A stretch of DNA of 32,865 nt, from IMG/VR virus record IMGVR_UViG_3300032373_001162, positions 1 to 32,865 of that record, one strand, 5' to 3'. Below the pieces are notes generated by a model. The model made no database searches, had not been told where the DNA came from, and saw only the letters and a program-made list of their open reading frames with translations. Of the stretch, positions 25,641 to 32,865 are shown in pieces (positions within the stretch are counted from its first letter, which is position 1; each line of letters starts with the position of its first letter). Made by a program: the position numbers and the translations under genes. This DNA is from a virus (taxonomy: Duplodnaviria; Caudoviricetes).

Positions 25641-25780
25641 GCACTATTGGTTCCGCGTTGACTGCTTAGCGGCCATTGACACATTTGCGGGCAAGAAGAA
25701 GCCGACATTCGTTCCGCGCAGCATCCGTCAATCCGGGCTCGAAACAGACGTTCTCTGCAACTGCATCACGGTAAACAACC

Positions 25781-26200
25781 ATGTCCACCCCTCGCGAAAC
25801 CATCCTCACTGCGCTGCACGCGCGGCTCTCAGCGCTGCACGCTACTGCCCTGCGCGGTGAGGTGCTGCCCGAGCGCGTTCCGGCCGACGGCCTGCTGATC
25901 CTGCGCGACGGCGAACCGGGCGAGCCCGAGGTCACCCTCTCGCCGCTACGCTACCACTACCAGCACCGCGCCGAGATCGAAGTGGTTGTTCAGGGCGCCG
26001 ACCGTGACACGGCGTTTGACACGCTGACCTCCAGCATCGGCGGGGCTATTGCAGCCGACCGCACGCTGGGCGGTCTCTGCGACTGGGTCGAGGCGGAAGC
26101 GCCCCGTCCCGTCGATCTGCCGGTCGAGGGGGCGGCCAGCCTGAAGGCGGCCGTCATTCCGGTGGTGCTGCACTATTCCACAGCCGATCCACTCGGCTGA
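25781..26200 (+). CDS. Tail terminator-like protein
   Basis: 139 aa directly before the tail tube; PRETILTAL and ADRTLGGLCDW. Confidence 0.72.
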   Translation: MSTPRETILTALHARLSALHATALRGEVLPERVPADGLLILRDGEPGEPEVTLSPLRYHYQHRAEIEVVVQGADRDTAFDTLTSSIGGAIAADRTLGGLCDWVEAEAPRPVDLPVEGAASLKAAVIPVVLHYSTADPLG

Positions 26201-26224
26201 CCCCAACAATCCAAGGAGAAAACG

Positions 26225-27166
26225 ATGGCACGAGCCCAAGGGGCGCGGGCGCAGATGGCGCTTGCGTTCGAGACGACCTATGGAACGCCCCCCGCGGGCG
26301 GGTTCACCAAAATGCCCTTTGCCAGCACCTCGCTGGGATCGGAACAGCCGCTTCTGAACAGCGAACTACTGGGCTATGGTCGCGATCCTTTAGCCCCGAT
26401 CAAGGACGCGGTGACGGCGGATGGCGATGTCGTTGTGCCGATCGATGCCCAGGCCTTCGGATTCTGGCTCAAGGCAGCCTTCGGCGATCCCACAACCACC
26501 GGCGCTGCGGCACCCTATACCCATGAGTTTCAATCCGGATCGTGGACGCTGCCATCGATGTCGATCGAAACCGGCATGCCCGAGGTGCCGCGTTTTGCGA
26601 TGTATTCCGGCTGCGTGCTGGATCAGCTGTCCTGGCAGGTGCAACGCTCGGGCCTGCTGACGGCCACCGCCCGGCTGATGGCGCAGGGCGAAACCATCGC
26701 CACGACGACCGGCGCGGGCACGCCTGCCGATCTGGCCCTGCAGCGGTTCGGTCATTTCAACGGCGCGATCAGCCGGAATGGCTCTGCGCTTGGCAATGTG
26801 GTTTCGGCCGAGATCACCTATGCCAACAACCTCGACCGGATCGAGACCATCCGCAGCGACGGCAAGATCGACGGGGCCGACCCGTCCATCGCAGCACTCA
26901 CCGGCCGGATCGAGGTGCGCTTTGCCGACAGCACGCTGGTGGCCCAGGCGATCAACGGTGATCCCTGCGAGATCAGCTTCGACTATGTCCTGCCCTCGGG
27001 CGAGAGCTTCACCTTCACCGTGCATGCCGTCTATCTGCCGCGCCCCCGGATCGAGATTACCGGACCGCAGGGCGTGCAGGCGACCTTCGACTGGCAGGCT
27101 GCGAAAGCCACCAGCCCCGCCCGCATGTGCACCGCAACCCTGATCAACGATATCGAGGCTTACTGA
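26225..27166 (+). CDS. Tail tube (major tail) protein
   Basis: 313 aa; FETTYGTPP N-terminus, beta-rich; AAGGAG upstream; precedes chaperone and tape measure. Confidence 0.88.
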   Translation: MARAQGARAQMALAFETTYGTPPAGGFTKMPFASTSLGSEQPLLNSELLGYGRDPLAPIKDAVTADGDVVVPIDAQAFGFWLKAAFGDPTTTGAAAPYTHEFQSGSWTLPSMSIETGMPEVPRFAMYSGCVLDQLSWQVQRSGLLTATARLMAQGETIATTTGAGTPADLALQRFGHFNGAISRNGSALGNVVSAEITYANNLDRIETIRSDGKIDGADPSIAALTGRIEVRFADSTLVAQAINGDPCEISFDYVLPSGESFTFTVHAVYLPRPRIEITGPQGVQATFDWQAAKATSPARMCTATLINDIEAY

Positions 27167-27603
27167 TGATCCGACTGAACCTGACCGCCGCCCCTGAATG
27201 GCTGGAGCTTGCCCCCGGCCTGCGCTTGCAGGTCGCGCCGCTGACCACCGCCCTGATGGTGTCTGCCCGCGCCGATGCCACCCTCGAAGCCTTGCCCGAA
27301 GATGCCAGCCAGGAACAGCTGGCGCTCGCGATGGCAAAGGCCGTCGCCCGCCGCGCCGTTCTGGATTGGGAGGGCGTGGGTGATGCCATGGGCCAACCCA
27401 CGCCCGTGTCACCAGACGGCATCGACGCCCTTCTGGAAATCTGGCCAGTGTTCGAGGCGTTCCAGACCCAGTATGTCGCGCGCGGCCTGATCCTGGACGC
27501 GGAAAAAAACGCCTCCGCGCCCTCGCCGAGTGGTCCTTCGGCGGGGGCGACAGCTACTGTGCAGCCTGCAAAGGGCGCTGCGCCGACTGCCCGGCCAGAC
27601 TGA
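27166..27603 (+). CDS. Tail assembly chaperone (G-like)
   Basis: TGATG coupling to the tube gene; VLDWEGVGD motif; contains slippery A AAA AAC. Confidence 0.82.
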   Translation: MIRLNLTAAPEWLELAPGLRLQVAPLTTALMVSARADATLEALPEDASQEQLALAMAKAVARRAVLDWEGVGDAMGQPTPVSPDGIDALLEIWPVFEAFQTQYVARGLILDAEKNASAPSPSGPSAGATATVQPAKGAAPTARPD

Positions 27604-27833
27604 ACCAGCCCCAAACGCAAGACGGCTGGGAGGTCTGGGACCTCGTCGGCCGTCTTGGCGGTCAGCTGCGCGTGATCCCCTGCGCGGTGCTGGGCTGGGA
27701 CATGGGGGCAGCCATCGCTTTGGCCCAAGCGCTGGGCATCGACACCCTGATCGCCGCTGAACTCCTACCCGAGATCGAGGCGGTGATGGTGCGCAAACTC
27801 AACGAACAGATGGAAGGAAGTCGCGATGGCTGA
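27504..27833 (+). CDS. -1 frameshift extension of the tail chaperone (GT-like)
   Basis: Heptamer AAAAAAC at 27504-27510; the -1 frame reads KRLRALAEWSFGGGDSYCAACKGRCADCP...LLPEIEAVMVRKLNEQMEGSRDG* to 27833. Not in the ORF track. Confidence 0.78.
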   Translation, partial: KKRLRALAEWSFGGGDSYCAACKGRCADCPARLNQPQTQDGWEVWDLVGRLGGQLRVIPCAVLGWDMGAAIALAQALGIDTLIAAELLPEIEAVMVRKLNEQMEGSRDG

Positions 27834-30291
27834 AAAACGCGTATCCGTCCGCCTCGTGGCGGAAGGTGGCCGCCAGGTGCGCGCCGAGCTGGAAGGCGTC
27901 GGTGAGGCCGGGGCGCGCGGGTTCGGGCGGCTGTCGCGCGAAATGGACCTGGCCAATGCGCGCGTCGCCGCCTTCGCCCGCCGCGCCACGCTGGCTGCCG
28001 CAGCGGCCACGGCTGCACTGGCCGCAGCCGGGGCCGCGATGATCAGGTCCGGGCTACAGACCGTCGATGTGCAGGCCAAGCTGGCGCAATCTCTGGGCAC
28101 AACCGTCGCTTCGGTCCAGACACTGGAACGCGCGGGTGAGTTGGCCGGTGTATCCATGTCCGGTATCGAACAGGCAACCAAGGATCTGACGCGGCGGCTC
28201 AGCCAGGCGGCGGCTGGGACTGGTCCCGCGGCAGACGCGTTGGACCGGCTCGGGCTTTCCGCCTCTCACCTGATCGCCTTGCCGCTGGACCGGCGTGTCG
28301 GGGCGATCAACGCCGCCATCGAAAGCTTCGTGCCTGCGGCTGAGCGCGCCGCCGTCGCGGGGCAACTCTTCGGCGAAGAAGGCTCCATCGCCATGTCGCG
28401 CATCGACACCGCAACGCTACGCCAGGCAACCGAGGACGTGCTTGCCTTCGGGGTGGTGGTTTCGGAAGCTGATGCTGACCAGATCGAACGCACCAATGAT
28501 GCGATTTCCCGGCTGGGGCTGATCTGGCGCGGCGTCTCGAACCAACTCGCGGTTGCGGCTGCCCCGGCTCTGGAGGCCGTGGCCAATGCGCTGGCCAGCG
28601 TCGCGCGCACCACCGGGCCGGTGGGCATCGCGATCAAAGTGCTCTTCGACAACATCGGACGACTGACCACTTATGCCGCGACCTTCGCAGGCATCATGGC
28701 CGGGCGCTGGGTGGCGGGCATGGCGGCGGCTGCCTTGTCCGTGCGCGGGGTCGCCACGGCACTGGTTGTTCTGCGCTGTGCGCTGATCCGAACCGGTATC
28801 GGTGCGCTGATCGTCGGTGCGGGTGAGCTGGTCTATCAATTCTCGCAACTTGTGAACAAGGTCGGCGGCGTCGGTGAAGCGTTCCAGCTGCTGGGCGATC
28901 TCGCAAAAGAGGTCTGGTCCCGCATCGGCCTCTCGCTCGACGCGGCATTTGCCAACATGGCCGCTGGATGGGAAGGCATGAAGGCGGCAGCGATATCGGC
29001 CCTCGAAGGTACCATCGCGGGCGTCGTCAGCTTCGGCGACCGGACGGCGGCGATTTTCCAAGGAGCCTATGATGCCGCCGTGGCGATCTGGGGCAGTCTG
29101 CCCGGTGCCATCGGTGACTTCGCATTCCAGGCGGCGAACGGGCTGATCTCGGGCGTCGAAGCGATGCTGAACGGCGTCGTCACCCGCATCAACACTTTCA
29201 TCACCGGGTTGAACGCGGCGCTGGCGCTGCTGCCGGAGTGGGCAACGGGTGAGGGCGGCGTGCGGATCGGCGCGCTGGATCCGGTAGACTTGGCGCGGAT
29301 TGGAAACCCGTTTGAAGGAGCGGCGACAGCAGCAGGTACGGCTGCAGCAGACGCCTTTTCCGCGGCGCTGTCGCGCACGTATCTTGAACCGCCGGACCTC
29401 GGTCTTGGCGCGATGGCCGAGGATGCGCGTGGCCGTGCAGACGGATATCGCGAAGCCGCGCGCATGCTCTCCGATGCCGCAGGTCGGCCGCTTTCCAGCT
29501 GGCAGGCGCTGCGCGACGCCGTGACCAACAGTGGGGTGGAGGCCGAGACGGCGCTGGCAGATGCCGCCGGTTCTGCGGACGCGCTGGCAGCCAGGCTGAA
29601 TGACACGAGCAATGCTGCAGATGGCGCGGGCGGAGCCGCACGTAATGCCGGTGCGGCAGCGGCTGCCGGTGCCGAAACAGCAGCAACCGGATGGGCTGCG
29701 GTAACCGCGTCGCTCGCCGACTATGCCGCCAAGGCCCGCGATATTGGTGGCGATATCGGCCAGACACTGGTCGGGGCCTTCCAAAGCGCCGAGAACGCGG
29801 TGGCCACATTCGTCAAATCCGGCAAATTGGATTTCCGCGACCTCGTGACCTCGATGATTGCCGATCTGGCCAAACTCGCGGCGCGGCGTTTCATCCTTGG
29901 GCCAATCACCAATGCGCTCTCGGGCGCGCTGGGCGGTGCGGGCGACGCGGGCCGCGCTGGCGGTTTGTTCGCGGATATCCTGCACACAGGCGGCGTGGTC
30001 GGATCGCCGGGCCCGGGCCGAATGGTTCCGGCGCTGGCCTTCGCAGGCGCACCACGTATGCATTCCGGTGGCTGGGCTGGCATCAAACCCGACGAGGTTC
30101 CAGCGATCCTTCAACGCGGCGAACGGGTATTATCCCGTCGTGAGGCCGCTGGCTATGGCCAAGGACAGAGTGCCGCCCCGAATATTTCCGTCACGATCAA
30201 CGCCCGCGATGCCGATAGTTTCCGCCAATCCCGCACACAAGTCGCGGCCGATATTGCTCGCGCGGTGTCCCTCGGTCGGAGGGGCATGTGA
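27826..30291 (+). CDS. Tail tape measure protein
   Basis: 821 aa, Ala/Gly-rich helical; C-terminal HSGG...DEVPAILQRGERVL and FRQSRTQVAA. Confidence 0.92.
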   Translation: MAEKRVSVRLVAEGGRQVRAELEGVGEAGARGFGRLSREMDLANARVAAFARRATLAAAAATAALAAAGAAMIRSGLQTVDVQAKLAQSLGTTVASVQTLERAGELAGVSMSGIEQATKDLTRRLSQAAAGTGPAADALDRLGLSASHLIALPLDRRVGAINAAIESFVPAAERAAVAGQLFGEEGSIAMSRIDTATLRQATEDVLAFGVVVSEADADQIERTNDAISRLGLIWRGVSNQLAVAAAPALEAVANALASVARTTGPVGIAIKVLFDNIGRLTTYAATFAGIMAGRWVAGMAAAALSVRGVATALVVLRCALIRTGIGALIVGAGELVYQFSQLVNKVGGVGEAFQLLGDLAKEVWSRIGLSLDAAFANMAAGWEGMKAAAISALEGTIAGVVSFGDRTAAIFQGAYDAAVAIWGSLPGAIGDFAFQAANGLISGVEAMLNGVVTRINTFITGLNAALALLPEWATGEGGVRIGALDPVDLARIGNPFEGAATAAGTAAADAFSAALSRTYLEPPDLGLGAMAEDARGRADGYREAARMLSDAAGRPLSSWQALRDAVTNSGVEAETALADAAGSADALAARLNDTSNAADGAGGAARNAGAAAAAGAETAATGWAAVTASLADYAAKARDIGGDIGQTLVGAFQSAENAVATFVKSGKLDFRDLVTSMIADLAKLAARRFILGPITNALSGALGGAGDAGRAGGLFADILHTGGVVGSPGPGRMVPALAFAGAPRMHSGGWAGIKPDEVPAILQRGERVLSRREAAGYGQGQSAAPNISVTINARDADSFRQSRTQVAADIARAVSLGRRGM

Positions 30292-30911
30292 TGGCGTTTC
30301 ACGAGGACCGGTTTCCTGACAACATCAGTCGCGGCGCACGCGGAGGGCCTGAACGGCGCACCCAGATCGTCGAGCTGGCGAGTGGCGATGAGGAACGCAA
30401 TGCCAGCTGGGCCAACTCGCGCCGCCGCTATGACGTCGCCTATGGCATCCGCCGTGCGGACGATCTGGCAGCCGTGGTGGCTTTCTTCGAGGCCCGCAAT
30501 GGGCGGCTCCACGGATTTCGCTACAAGGACTGGGCCGACTACAAATCCAGCCTGCCATCGCAACCCGTGACGCCAACCGACCAGCTCATCGGCACCGGCG
30601 CTGTCACCAGTTTTGCATTGCTGAAGCACTACACTTCCGGCGCACAGACCTGGACTCGCGCCATCGCAAAGCCCGTCACGGGCAGCGTGCGCGTCGCGCT
30701 GGACGGCGTCGAACAGATGTCGGGCTGGAGCGTCGACACCACCATCGGCCTCGTGAGTTTCGACATTGCTCCCGGCGCGGGCGTGGTGATCACCGCTGGC
30801 TTCGAATTCGACGTGCCCGTCCGCTTCGACACCGACACACTCGACGTCACCCTCGATATCGAACGGCTCGGATCCATCACATCCATCCCGCTGCTGGAGA
30901 TCCGCAGATGA
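30291..30911 (+). CDS. DUF2460 family distal tail protein (GTA-like)
   Basis: GGPERRTQIVELASGDEERN, FFEARNGRLHGFRYKDW, AGFEFDVPVRFDTD. Confidence 0.92.
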   Translation: MAFHEDRFPDNISRGARGGPERRTQIVELASGDEERNASWANSRRRYDVAYGIRRADDLAAVVAFFEARNGRLHGFRYKDWADYKSSLPSQPVTPTDQLIGTGAVTSFALLKHYTSGAQTWTRAIAKPVTGSVRVALDGVEQMSGWSVDTTIGLVSFDIAPGAGVVITAGFEFDVPVRFDTDTLDVTLDIERLGSITSIPLLEIRR

Positions 30912-31258
30912 ACGAAGAGACCCGTTTTCTGGCTGCGGTGTTGCGCGATCTGGCGGCGTCCACCGCCGTCATCCTCGCCGCCTGGGGTGCGCTGGGCGGC
31001 GCGACCAATGCGCTGACAACAAGGATGCGCCTGCGCGACGCGCTGCGCCACATACTGCTCAGCGGGTTGATTGCAGCCGGGATGGGCAGCCTGTCGATGG
31101 CGGTCATCACCGCCTGGCTCGGCCTGCCGCCCGAGGCGATCCCGGCAAGCGGGGCCGCTGGATCAGCCGCCTATCTGGTCGGCGTCTTCGGCCCGGCCTG
31201 TATCGAAATCGTCCTTGCCCGGATGCGCCACCCGAAAGGCGGCGACAACGATGTATGA
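30908..31258 (+). CDS. Membrane protein, putative holin
   Basis: About three hydrophobic segments, charged C-terminus, upstream of the endolysin. Confidence 0.65.
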   Translation: MNEETRFLAAVLRDLAASTAVILAAWGALGGATNALTTRMRLRDALRHILLSGLIAAGMGSLSMAVITAWLGLPPEAIPASGAAGSAAYLVGVFGPACIEIVLARMRHPKGGDNDV

Positions 31259-31382
31259 TCTCCTCCGCCTTGCGCGCACCCTGCGCAGCGACGCTGCCGA
31301 TCCGAGCCAGACCTTCAACCACCGCATCCGCATCGGCATCATTGTTGCGGCCCTGATCCTGCTCCTCTCACATCTGAGGTAA
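31251..31382 (+). CDS. Small single-TM protein
   Basis: 43 aa ending in IGIIVAALILLLSHLR; fills the gap between the putative holin and lysozyme. Confidence 0.55.
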   Translation: MYDLLRLARTLRSDAADPSQTFNHRIRIGIIVAALILLLSHLR

Positions 31383-31386
31383 AACC

Positions 31387-32046
31387 ATGCATATGACAGA
31401 CCGGGGCCTATCGGCCCTCGCCCGGCACGAAGGTCTCGTGCCCGGGCCCTATCGGGACGTGAAAAACGTCTGGACCTTCGGCATCGGCCATACCGTCGCC
31501 GCCGGGCCGCCTGATCCGATCGGCATGCCGCACGGGATGCCCGCCGATCTCGATGCTGCGATCCGGGAGGCATTCCGGCTGTTCCGCACCGACATTCAGA
31601 CCTGCGAGGCCGAAGTGCGGCGGGCCGTAACGGTACCGCTGGCCCCACATGAATTCGATGCGCTGGTCAGTTTTCACTACAACACCGGCGGAATCGCGCG
31701 TGCCAGGCTGACCCGCCATCTGAACGCAGGCGACCGCAAGGCGGCAACGCAGGCCTTCATGGGATGGAGCAAGCCCGCCTCGATCATTCCACGCCGCGAG
31801 GCGGAGCGCGATCTGTTCCAACATGGCCGGTATCCGGGCGGCACCATCCCGGTCTGGGCGGTGGACCGATCGGGACGCGTCGACTTCTCCCGACCCGTTC
31901 GACGCCTGAGCAAAGACCAGGCGCTGGCGCTCTTGCGCCCGGCCATCGCGCCACCGCCACTCATTATCCCATCCACGCCAGCCGCAAAGACCAGCTGGTT
32001 CGCTCGGCTGGCAAACCTTCTTTCCACCCTGATCCGGAGAACCTGA
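31387..32046 (+). CDS. Endolysin, GH24 lysozyme
   Basis: HEGLVPGPYRDVKNVWTFGIGHT (E-x8-D-x5-T), FDALVSFHYNTG, RREAERDLF; amphipathic C-terminal helix. Confidence 0.93.
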   Translation: MHMTDRGLSALARHEGLVPGPYRDVKNVWTFGIGHTVAAGPPDPIGMPHGMPADLDAAIREAFRLFRTDIQTCEAEVRRAVTVPLAPHEFDALVSFHYNTGGIARARLTRHLNAGDRKAATQAFMGWSKPASIIPRREAERDLFQHGRYPGGTIPVWAVDRSGRVDFSRPVRRLSKDQALALLRPAIAPPPLIIPSTPAAKTSWFARLANLLSTLIRRT

Positions 32047-32050
32047 TCCC

Positions 32051-32281
32051 ATGCGCTATATCCGCCCCAATTCCCTGACCTGGTGGGCGGGGTGTCTCGC
32101 CGTTCTCACCGGCGTTGCATCAATCCTGCTGCCCGCCACCGGCCCGCTTGCTGAGCTGTCTCGGCTGGTCGCGTTGCTGGCGGGCTCTGGCGATACGTCC
32201 CCGGCCGGGCTGATGTTTCTCGGGCTTGGCCTGATCGGCCTGCGCGACCGGATCGAGCGCGGGTTTCAGGGCGATGCTTGA
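32051..32281 (+). CDS. Small two-TM membrane protein (holin-like)
   Basis: Two hydrophobic stretches, GLIGLRDR C-terminus; GGAG upstream. Confidence 0.68.
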   Translation: MRYIRPNSLTWWAGCLAVLTGVASILLPATGPLAELSRLVALLAGSGDTSPAGLMFLGLGLIGLRDRIERGFQGDA

Positions 32282-32375
32282 GTTCCTTGTTGGTTTGGTC
32301 ATGGGCGGCAGCCTCGGCGTGCTGATCGTAGCCCTCTGCGTCGCCGCGGCGCGCGGGGAACGGGACGATGGCTGA
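32274..32375 (+). CDS. 33-aa single-TM peptide
   Basis: MLEFLVGLVMGGSLGVLIVALCVAAARGERDDG*; overlaps both neighbours by 8 nt; below the ORF-track cutoff. Confidence 0.55.
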   Translation: MLEFLVGLVMGGSLGVLIVALCVAAARGERDDG

Positions 32376-32598
32376 GCTCCTGATCTGGCTTGTCGCGGCT
32401 CTGGGCGCGATCGGCGGTGTCGTCCTCGGCCGCCTGCTGGGTCGCGCGGAAGGCAAACGCACTGGACGAGAGGAGGCCTTTCAGGATGCACAACGCGATC
32501 AGACAGACCGGCTGGACGCCGGGCGCAAGGCGGTTCGCGACGGGCGCGATGCTGGCGCTCCTGCTGACAGGCTGCGCGACAACGACAATGCGTGGTGA
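32368..32598 (+). CDS. Putative inner-membrane spanin (Rz-like)
   Basis: N-terminal TM then a charged helical region; overlapped by a lipoprotein frame. Confidence 0.68.
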   Translation: MAELLIWLVAALGAIGGVVLGRLLGRAEGKRTGREEAFQDAQRDQTDRLDAGRKAVRDGRDAGAPADRLRDNDNAW

Positions 32599-32728
32599 TG
32601 CTGGCTGCGCCTCCTACGGCGAGGCACGGCTGGCCCAGCCTGCTGCTGAGACCGTCGCGGATGTGCCGCCAACATGGGCGAACTGGATCGCCGATCTCGA
32701 CGACCGCATGACAGGAACCTGCCGATGA
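32486..32728 (+). CDS. Putative outer-membrane spanin lipoprotein (Rz1-like)
   Basis: GAGGAGG before ATG 32486; RRFATGAMLALLLTGC lipobox; +1 frame overlap with the Rz-like gene. Confidence 0.72.
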   Translation: MHNAIRQTGWTPGARRFATGAMLALLLTGCATTTMRGDAGCASYGEARLAQPAAETVADVPPTWANWIADLDDRMTGTCR

Positions 32729-32865
32729 AAACCCTTTCCCCTGACCTGCAAGCCCATCTCGACGATGGCACCACCACGCTCACCTGGTGCTGGCGGATTT
32801 CGCGGGCGGACGGCACGAGTTTCGGCTTCACCGATCATGACCGGACGCTCAGCTTCAACGGGACG
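32725..32865 (+). CDS. DUF2163/BR0599-family tail hub protein, 5' part only
   Basis: MKTLSPDLQAHLDDGTTTLTWCWRISRADGTSFGFTDHDRTLSF; ATGA overlap; runs off the window. Confidence 0.9.
   Translation, partial: MKTLSPDLQAHLDDGTTTLTWCWRISRADGTSFGFTDHDRTLSFNGT

Larger units (their letters stand above)
1..32865. mobile_element. Temperate prophage (lambda-like head, GTA-like distal tail), incomplete at both window edges
   Basis: Ordered integrase, replication, cos/terminase, portal, protease, capsid, tail and lysis genes. The window starts at the integrase stop codon and ends inside a tail gene, so att sites are not visible. Confidence 0.96.

Noticed and set aside
30291-32865. Gene transfer agent cluster
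   Set aside because: Only the distal tail genes are GTA-like; integrase, replication genes, cos and a lambda-type head indicate a true prophage.

Overview
GC-rich window that reads as one temperate prophage of an alphaproteobacterium (Rhodobacterales-like, inferred from the GTA-type tail genes), cut off at both window edges. Gene order: leftward tyrosine integrase; a 566-bp intergenic region with three GGGTGGC-N19-GCCACCC palindromes and no CI-like gene; an early operon (Xis-like HTH, VRR-NUC, HTH replication initiator with internal iterons, a C5 methyltransferase apparently split over two fully overlapping frames, and a conserved hypothetical); an antisense type I R-M cassette (hsdM-hsdS-TIR-hsdR) with a CAP12/Pycsar-type TIR gene inside it; a lambda-like cos site; a ParB-fused amino-methyltransferase; three small leftward genes; a lambda-type head module; and a tail module with two antisense morons (an Sll1863-like gene flanked by a duplicated gene start, and a PadR-like two-gene unit), a -1 frameshift chaperone, tape measure, DUF2460, a lysis cassette and the start of DUF2163. 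Best candidates for novelty are the TIR-containing type I R-M cassette, the dual-frame methyltransferase and the repressor-less palindrome switch region. Family names come from motif recognition by eye; no database search was run.
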